Part shown: piece after piece, positions 30,370-39,200 of the stretch
Layout of the letters: every line of letters begins with the position of its first letter
Position numbering within the stretch: the first letter of the stretch is position 1
Assembly: GCA_963705105.1 (NCBI GenBank)
Contig: CAVPIW010000006.1
Location: 640,001-704,000 of the forward strand
Length of the DNA: 64,000 nucleotides
Source of the DNA: an uncultured Nitrospiraceae bacterium
GTDB taxonomy: Bacteria; Nitrospirota; Thermodesulfovibrionia; Thermodesulfovibrionales; Dissulfurispiraceae
Reading direction: 5' to 3'
Program-made: the position numbers and the translations under genes
The notes under the pieces: generated by a model
Databases searched by the model: none
What the model saw: the letters and a program-made list of their open reading frames with translations, nothing else
What the model was told of the DNA's origin: nothing

Positions 30370-33300
30370 TCAGGTTGACCGGCTGAAAAGCTCGTAGAGC
30401 CGGCGATTGAGATCCTGATCGAAGGTTCCGTCTTTTATCTTCTGGAAAAAAAGATCCGTGATCGGGTCCGCGAGCAATCGGAGAAACTTTTTGGCGAGGC
30501 TTGGGTCCCTGTACTGGAACTTTGGGTCCATGTAGGCGAAGACGGAGTAAATCAGGTTCCCGAAATAGTAGTGTCTATCCATCCCCGTGAAGAGAAACGG
30601 CGGAAAGACATCGGGCACGTTCTCCCAGACGGGATAGACGGATCGGTCTCCCACCAGATTGATCTCAGGTTTTCCGAAGGCCTCCACCGCCAGCTTCATG
30701 TAGTCGCTCACCATAGGGTCCAGCCCCATCTTCTCGGCACCTATCCAGTCGGCTGCGACGATGTCCTCACTGCCGATGATAGTCTCTGTCTCATTCGGGT
30801 CCTTGTCGGCGAAGACCCCGAAGGGACCGTCGGCGCTTCGAAAGGCGTCAATGAAACCAAAGTGGATAGGGAACTGCCTTATGAATTCTATGGCGGTCGA
30901 AAAGATGTCTCTCTCATGATGATACTCGAGAAACTTGTCCTCCATGGGCAGCGCGCCGTAGATATTCTTGATCGTCAGGGTGTAATAGGCGTAGGCATGC
31001 GTTTTGTTCTTGGCGAAGGAGATGCGAAAGTCCGCCTTTCGCCACTCCCGGTTGACATAGTGTGTGCCCAGTTTCCCGGAATAGCGGTACTCCTCGAGGT
31101 CCTCCGAGAGATCGATGATGCGGTAATTCTTCCCCGTCAATCCGATGTATTCGGCCACTGTCCTGACTTCCCGGTTCGTGAAGAACGTGCCGTACGTGCT
31201 CCTTGCCTCGCCGACGGCGAGGTTCCGGTACCCGCGCTCGTACATCCTGTCAAGAAGATATTCGACCAATTCGGGGTCTGCGTAGGTCGTAGGGTCTTTT
31301 GTGGAATACATGAACATGAAGTTCGGCTTCACGATAACGGCAAAATCCTCTTTTTTCTTCCCTGAATGTCCCCAGGCTGCATCGAGTTTCCGGAAGAAAC
31401 CGGTTCCCTCGATCACAGCCTTCAGAGCGCTGAACTTGTCTTTGTCCCTGATCGCCACCACGTCGACGACCCTGTCGGAGTTGATACCCCTCAGGATGTG
31501 AGGGTCCATGTCTTCCTCAAGAGCATAGAAGCGCCTTCCCTCACCGTCTTTCATCACGACCATGCGCCGCTGGAAAGTGCCGGTTGGGAAGTGGTCGTTA
31601 TTGATCTCGAGAAGATTCTCATTCTCCATGGTGAATGATGTCGCCTCATTCCCTGACACCACGTTCCACTCATTTCCCCGGATATCCAGATCCAGGGAGG
31701 CGACGCGTGTGATGACCTTCCCGAGCAGCTGCTCCACCCTGTCTTTCAGGTAATCGGTCCGGTCTTTCCGAAATACATCGGAGCGGATCTTGATGTAGAT
31801 TCGGTCGGAGTCGGGGTCCAGACAGCAAAAATAGTTGTAGTAGAGGGTCGGCCATCGGAGGTTTCTGAGAGTCGAAATCTCCGCCTCCCCCATCGCCTGA
31901 GCGGCTTCAAGGGTGTAGACCTCTGCTTCAGACCCGTCCTGCAGGGTGATCTGTCCCGTGGAAACACGAACCCGATGGGGCGTGAGATGGAGCCCCAGCA
32001 CTCCCAGTCGTCCGACCAGACCCGTCACCTCTGAGAGGTATTGGCGCGGAACGATCTTCTCCATATCGTCGGCTACAGGAAAGGGTAGGTTCACCGTGGG
32101 AAGCGGCTCGGCGCGGAACGAAATCTCGATCTTCGCAGACCTCCTGCGTATATGGCCGGGCAGTGGCGATTTTTCGAGATCCACTTTCGCGACGCCATAA
32201 CCTTCGAGCAGTTGGTAGATAGGTCCTTCGTATCGGTACACTCCCTTTTTCACGTCCAGGTGCAGGGCCTCGATGACGCGCTCTGTCAGAACGAATCTGT
32301 CCCAGCATCCATCGCCTCTCTGGATGACGAGGGCAATGTCCCAGAAGATCTCACCGTCTCCCCAGGGAAAATCTTTGTCGTGAACACCGGAAAAGAAGAA
32401 GAAGTCGTGATGACGCCCTTCCTTCGAGAGCACCCTTCCTCTTAAAACGAGGTTTTCATACTGCGTGTTGTAGAGGAGGCCGGGAAGATACTCCCCCGAG
32501 ACTTTTTCGTAGCAGAACTTGACAAAGGCGGAGATGGTGCGGAGTTTCGTGATGGGCGAAAGGGTGTTCGTCACCTCGAACGAAGCGAGAAGGGACGGGA
32601 AGTCGAGCATCCGAAATATGAGAACGCCCGATCCGACCGGAGTCCCATCGGTCCCTCTCCCCCTGTAGATCCGGGTGAATAACCGCGTCATGTCATCCAT
32701 CACATCGATCCCCGGATCATCGTGAATGACCTTGTAGCCGTAGAGGAAGTAGTCGGCGCCGCTGTTGTCCGCGAACCCGAAGGAGTATGTCATCTGCCTG
32801 ATGCCGTGTGCCGCCTCAGGCCTGAACAAAGTGAATACCCCCTCTGTTTGTGAAAGTAAAAGAAAGAAAAAAGGAAAATAAAGAAAAGTGAAATGGAAAA
32901 GTAAGAGAAAAAGGAAGAAAAAAAATGGTAGGAATGATAGATAAAAAGGTATATGAGAAGATAGGAAAAAAAAAAGAGAAAAGGAAGGGGAAGGATGGAG
33001 AGAGGATAGGGGTAGATAAATAGATGATAATAAGTAGAATCAGATGCTGGATGAGTTTGAGGTTGAATTTAAGGCTCTGTCGGCGGAAATACCGCGTTAT
33101 CGAGAGGAAGAAGAAGGAAGGGGAATAAAGGAAAAGAGAGAAGAAAAGGAGAAAGAGGAAAAGGAAAAAGGGAAAAAAAGGGAAAGGATAAAAGAAGAAA
33201 GAAGAAAGGAGAGATAAGAGAAAATGGAAAAGGAGGGAGATGATAGGCTAGAGAAGATCAGGTACGATCAACTGCTTCGCTGCTGGCTGCGCAAGAGCCG

Positions 33301-33582
33301 AGCTGTCGCGGAAATCGTTTTCAGTTTGAGGGACAAGGGCAGGCTTTGCCCCAGCGGTGCATAGGAGACGGTGCCGGTAATCTTCGCTTTCTGGCCAGAC
33401 AGTTTGATGAAATCGGAGACGCACTCGACCTCGATCTTCACGTCAAAAGAGAGCGTGTTGCCTTGCTCCCGCCCCTTTCTTTCACCCTCTTCAAAGTCCT
33501 CCACCCCTTCGGCCAGATAGCCCGACATCGTCTCTGAGAACCGAAGGCCGACCTTTTTCCCCTTTCCCTCTTCATTGGGCAT
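30370..33582 (-). pseudogene. DUF362-domain protein interrupted by a ~490-bp purine-rich insert (32845-33330)
   Basis: N-part LRFSETMSGY...GTVSYAPLGQSLPL (33582-33334) continues as EGVFTLFRP (from 32844); C-part has VIVKPNFMF, VGEARS, KNKTH...TLTIKNIYG, DIVAAD. Confidence 0.75.
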
Positions 33583-33617
33583 GAAACACTCTCCTTCCCA
33601 TCCTGGTTACCCTCATT

Positions 33618-33797
33618 GTTGCAATACACCCCCGGGAAAGGCGGGGCGTATGCGCCGAAAACCTTGCTGCGGCGACACCTGTATCAAAACGAGAGATGAA
33701 CTATACGCCAATGTCTGAAAAAGGAGCCTTTTTGCTGACACTTACACTGCCACTGACACTGTTCTTCAGAGCGCTTCATCACGCCTTTCTATGCAAC
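33618..33797 (+). repeat. Intergenic repeat family copy; left boundary of the gasdermin cassette
   Basis: Core 33648-33777 matches the copy at 48548 except one base. Confidence 0.9.
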
Positions 33798-33804
33798 TGA
33801 TAGG

Positions 33805-34884
33805 TTACCCCCGTGGCAGACGAAGCACGCTCTCAGCGTTCTCAAGAATGGAATCCGAAAAACCATGAGCCCGTTTGATCATGACGTCCCTGTCAAGGAG
33901 GTTCTTGGTGTTTTTTATCCGTTCGTACTCTTCCCACGATATGTCATGGGTAAACACCGGAAGATGTACCCATCCTTCAATGGGAATGGGAAAGTCTGAA
34001 CCGTGGACGAGCCACTCGGGAGGAAACGTCTCGATGATCTCTTCCAGAATGGGAATCCGCGTCAGCAGAGAAAAGGCGGAGGTATCTCCCCAGAGCTGAA
34101 TCCTGCCGCCCGAGTTAGCGTTATTCATAAAAGCGCCGAATTCCTTCGTCTCATTTTTGTCGATCGGAAACACGGGAGTGGCACAGTGGGCGGCGATCAC
34201 CGTGACGCCGCACTCCAGGGGTGCCTCGAGGAACCTGAAATTGTCCCGCTGCTGTTCCCTGATCCCTTCCGGAAAGGAATACTCGGGTCCGACATGGCAG
34301 AGCAAAGGCATGCGGTTCCTGGCCAGAGATTCGTAATACTCTTTGTGTCTGGGGTCCCGAAGATCGAGGTGCTGCACAGAGGGGATCAGTTTCATGAGCA
34401 CCGCATTCGGATCGCTGAGGACAAACTCCATCTCCTCTGCCCAGTCTTTTCGATTGGGGCTCACCGATGCCGCCCAGTAGAATCTCTTCTCTCTTTTCCT
34501 GGGGTCATCTTCCCTCATCAGCAGGTCATTCAGTTCTTTTACCTTCCTGGACAGAAACCTGTTCGAAACCCAGAGGTCGGTCCTTTTCTTGTCGAGCCTG
34601 CCCGACTTCGGATGGTAGATGGCATCCAGCCCGAGTAACACCATACCGTCGATCTCTTTGGAGTTGGCCAGATGCGAATATATGAGGCTCAGATACTCGT
34701 TCGTATCGACTGTTCCGCTTTCGTCAAAGTCTGCACCGGCTTCTCCGAGGTACTTCTCCACGAGCCTGTAGAGAACTCCCGTGAATAGCGTATTGTTGTC
34801 TTCCGGGTAGAAGAACACGTTTTCGTCGACTTGATTGATGTCCCTCCCTCTCCCCACCACATGTACATGCATGTCGATCTTCAT
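33805..34884 (-). CDS. Amidohydrolase-family protein
   Basis: IDMHVH, LCHVGPE, IAAHCA, GDTSA, HGSDFP. Confidence 0.88.
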   Translation of the reverse strand: MKIDMHVHVVGRGRDINQVDENVFFYPEDNNTLFTGVLYRLVEKYLGEAGADFDESGTVDTNEYLSLIYSHLANSKEIDGMVLLGLDAIYHPKSGRLDKKRTDLWVSNRFLSRKVKELNDLLMREDDPRKREKRFYWAASVSPNRKDWAEEMEFVLSDPNAVLMKLIPSVQHLDLRDPRHKEYYESLARNRMPLLCHVGPEYSFPEGIREQQRDNFRFLEAPLECGVTVIAAHCATPVFPIDKNETKEFGAFMNNANSGGRIQLWGDTSAFSLLTRIPILEEIIETFPPEWLVHGSDFPIPIEGWVHLPVFTHDISWEEYERIKNTKNLLDRDVMIKRAHGFSDSILENAESVLRLPRG

Positions 34885-35244
34885 AGAACACCTCGCTTTC
34901 TTAGCGGTGAAGGCCTGCCGTCATTCATTGCATCTGCAACGAGCTTCATGTTGATGTTTTGCAACAGATCACGGATTGCGCTCGACCGGATATCCTTCTT
35001 CGTAAAGGGCGGAGGCGGACCCATGAAACCGGCAAAGACGGAGCGGCCGTTCTCTTTTTCGTTCAGCGCCTCCTGCATCTAGTCCGCCGAGTATCCGGCT
35101 GCAAGCAGCGTTGCCGTAATAGCTCCGGCTGACGACCCGAGGATTCTTTCAAAGGCATGCCCCCGCCTCGTGAATTCCGAACAGGCCCCAACAAAAACCA
35201 TCCCCCTTCGCTCCACCGCCTTCAAAGACGAGATCATATTTCAT
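34881..35244 (-). pseudogene. Truncated patatin-like phospholipase, copy A (frameshift plus TAG)
   Basis: MKYDLVFEGGGAKG, extra G in a G-run near 35202-35206, then MVFVGA...GSSAGAITA, in-frame TAG 35079-35081; C-terminal catalytic half absent. Confidence 0.8.
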
Positions 35245-35421
35245 GCTCGCACGCTCCCTTGGCAAGTCGTTGTTACACCACTACTGACTCACCCATCTGC
35301 GACGAGCGCATCGTCGGCCGCTGAGGTAGTCAGGATCAACGCGCCATCCCGCAGTTGAGGCAAATCCGGCATCAACCGACCACACAGTCGCATCAGCAAT
35401 TTGGACGTTCCTGTTGCGTAT

Positions 35422-36007
35422 CTATTCTGCACCCCACCAACTGTCTACATCTTGGACGGCCTCGTACACGTGCCGTAATGTAAGACCCTGATCTATGATC
35501 GCCAGCGCGCGCGCCCCAGTTTCCAGCACATAAAACAAGCCCTCGCGTCCAGCCAGTCGGCTTGTCCAGAAGCCATTGCGCAAGACCTGCAGGGCCTTCG
35601 TGTCTTGCCCTATCTGAGCCATGGCCTGTGCCACAGCGCTTAAGGCAGACGCTTTTGACCACTCATACGAAATCGTCTGGGCCATCATCTCCTCGATGAT
35701 GTCTGGCAGGAACTTCATGTTGACATGCGCAGCAGGTCGCGGGTTGCGCTGTTCTTGATTTCCTCATCCGTAAAGGGGCGGACCCATGAACTCGTCAAAG
35801 ACGGACCTGCCGTTCTCCTGCTCGTTCAACGCCGCCTCCATCTCTTCCGCCGAGTATCCGGCGGCAAGCAGCGTCGCCGTAAGAGCACCGGCTGATGTCC
35901 CGAGGATTCGTCGGAAGGTATGGCCCCGCATCGTGAATTCCGAACAGGCTCCGAAAATAACCGATCCCCTTCGCCGCGCCACCTTCAAAGACAAGATCGT
36001 ATTTCAT
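35422..36007 (-). pseudogene. Truncated patatin-like phospholipase, copy B, fused to an unrelated helical-repeat C-terminal fragment
   Basis: MKYDLVFEGGAAKG, frameshift, GTSAGALTA...ALNEQENGRSVF, further frameshifts, MKFLPDII, then KASALSAVAQAMAQIG...VDSWWGAE. Confidence 0.7.
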
Positions 36008-36249
36008 GCTCTGCTCCTCTATCTCGAGAAGGCAGCCTTCCCTTGAGCTTTTTGTTTCTTTACCAACAATTGATGGGTCCCCGATGGACGAGATTGATTT
36101 GAAGACAGAACAGCGTCAGTTGGAAACCACCTTCCTGACCAACAATCCATCCATTCCGTTTGACATCTTTATACCCTATGTGATGCTCCTATACAACAAT
36201 CATTGAGTCAACCGCCCATAAAGATTTACTGCCTTTTGTTGACATTTAT

Positions 36250-39200
36250 CTATTGCTTAGTATGGCACTTCGTGCCAATTAACTTCTTGGCTGAGTCATA
36301 CTTTGCCGTCCAGCGATTGCAATACTGATAGTCAGGGGAGAGGCCTAATACTGGCTCTTCGTTGATGCCCAGATATCTTTCTTCGATCTTGTTTCCAGCC
36401 GGGTCATACGCAAACTTCGTAATGTGTTGGTATCTGCCAAGAAGTCTTGCAGGCTTACCATCTGTTCCAAAATATCTTTTCTCGATAACTCGCCGCTGGC
36501 TGTCATACTTCTGTGTCATTCGAGCATAACCGATTAACTTATCGTACAAAGCGTTATCGTCTCCATAGCAAGCACGCTCTACTTGATTGCCGGCGGAGTC
36601 GTATTTATAGGTCTGGACCGCACAGCTACTGTTCGGAAGTATCTTCGGTCTGCCATCGCCTCCAAAGTAAGCTTCCTCTACGAGATTGCCGCGAGCATCA
36701 TATTTCATACTCATACGCGCATACCCATACTTCGCTTCCGAGGGCTTACTTTTATCATCAAATGCAGAGATTTCCGTGAGGTTCCCTCGATCATCGTATT
36801 TCTTCAATAAGCGTGAGTATTTCGATGCATTCATCACCGGCTGCCCCTCATCGTCAAAGGTCATTTGTTCCACGAGTTGCCTTCGACTATTAAATTTTTG
36901 TGTACATCGATGATATCTGTTCCCTGTCATAATGGGTTTGTTGTCATCTATTCCAAAATAGGCTATCTCCGTCTGATTGCCGTAACCATCGTACTTGGCT
37001 CTGTAACTCGCAAAACCCCATTCATTATTTTCTCCCTGCCATGGAATAAGAACTGGCTTTCTCTCGGTATTCAGATAGACCTGATAGCTCACTTTGCCTT
37101 TAACATCATATTTCATACGAGTTTCTGCATATCCCAGTACGCCTTGTGTAAGTTTCCCATTCGTATCAAAATAGGATTCGCTTGTCATTTGTCCCAATGG
37201 GTCGTACGTCCGTACGATCTTGGCAAATCCTTCGTTGCTATTAGTCAGTTTTCTATTTACAGCATAGTAGGCTATCTCCCGTTCCTTGCCTTGGGTGTTC
37301 CTTTTGATTTCAACTGTTGCGTATCTTGTTCGCTTATTCATAACTACCTTACCATCTAGCCCTTTGTAGGTAACTTCTGTTTCGTTTCCAAGATGATCAT
37401 ACTTATATCCGATCTTGTGGTATCCATCGCGATGGACAATGGGGCCTTCAGGACCAAAATATGCCTTCTCTATTGGACATCCTTCCTCCTTTAAACATCC
37501 CCGTTCGTCGTAAAGCCTCACTTCCCTATGGAACCCTTCATCCTTGTAGAAAGCCGGTTTGTCTTTAGCATCGTAAAACAATTGTTCAGTAACCCTCCCA
37601 AACGGGTCATACTTCTTGACGAGAAGTGCGTAGCCCTCTTCAGAGGTAACACGACTGTCATCAATGCCATAATATGATATTTCGATGGCTTTGCCCTGGT
37701 CGTTATAGCGTCGTTCGACTGAGTGGTAACCACCTTTTATGAACACTTTCTCAACATAGACCCCAAAGTAGGCGCTCTTCTTCTTGTTTCCGCGTAAGTC
37801 ATACTCGTGAATCGCACGCGCCCATCCGTCCTTATGCAAGACAGGCTCCCCATTAATGCCGAAATATGCCTCCTCAATAGGCTGATTTTGCGGATTAAAC
37901 TCTTTCTTCCAATAAGAATACCCGCCAGCTCTTTCATCTTGCCAAGGAACAAATGCTGGCTTGCTGTTGATATCCAAATATCGCAGATCTATAACATTTC
38001 CATGAGCATCATACTTCCTAGTCCAGCCCGCGTAGCCCTTTCGGTGCGTTACCGGACTTCCGTCTAATCCGAAGTACTTTTGCTCTATCTCATTGCCAAG
38101 AGGGTCATATTCGGATGTGTACCCTGCCACTCCGTCGCTTGATAACGTTTGCTCACCCCTTAAGCCTGTGTATGTGCGTCGCCTTTCGTTTCCTCTCTCA
38201 TCATACTCTGATTTCCAACCAGCATAGCCGTCATGCCCACGCATCGGTTTATCCATGACATTCAAATACACAGTCTCAATCTGGTTCCCGCTCGCATCAT
38301 GTTTTGCGGTCCATCCTGTGTATCCCTCAGTGCTTACGATTCGTTTACCATCGGGACCATAATAGCGAACTCTTACGACGTTGCCATAGTTATCAAATTC
38401 CTGTTCCCATCGCGAATAACCCTTGTTAGAAGCAACGGGCTCTCCCTTGATTCCGAAGTAGGTCGCGCCGATCAATTGTCCATGAACATCATAGCCTCCT
38501 GTCACCTGCGCATATCCTTCCTTGATTAAAGTCCGTGCGCCATCAGCCCCAAAATAGGAACTGTCTTCGAGTTTCCCGGAATCATTGTAACGGTACGTCG
38601 CCCGGGCATAGCCGTCCTTAAACTGCGTTAGTCTCCCTGCAGTATCATAGTAGGATGTTTCCACTAGTTTCTTTAGCCTGACGTCATATTTGCCTTTCCA
38701 GACGGCATAGCCATCCTTATTCGCTGTGAGCTTTTGATCGAGGCCAAAGCAACTCAGTTGGATAGGAAGATTGTCTTCGTCATAAGCCAAAACCAGGCTG
38801 TAGCACCCCCTATCGCCCACCGTAGGCTTATCCTCCATATCCAAGTACATCTCTTTGATGATGTTTCCCTGACCATCTCGTTTCCACTTAACTTTATGAT
38901 AGCCTTTTACGTTGAGTGTTTTTTTCCCATTCTCGTCAAAGTAACCCTCCTCAGTCATATTACCATTGTCGTCATATTCACTTCGTATGACCGAATAACC
39001 GCTCTTTAATGTAACTTTCTCTCCTAATGCATCTAAAGCCTCTTGTTTACGCGGGTTCCCAAAACCAAAGGGATCCAGATCCGTTACCTTTATAGTTGCA
39101 TTGCCGGCCTCGTCGTTCATATATTCATCATTTGGCCCCAATGATGTCTGTTCGAGCAATATTCCTTTCTTGTTGTAGCGCCTTAATTGCCCAAAAGCTT

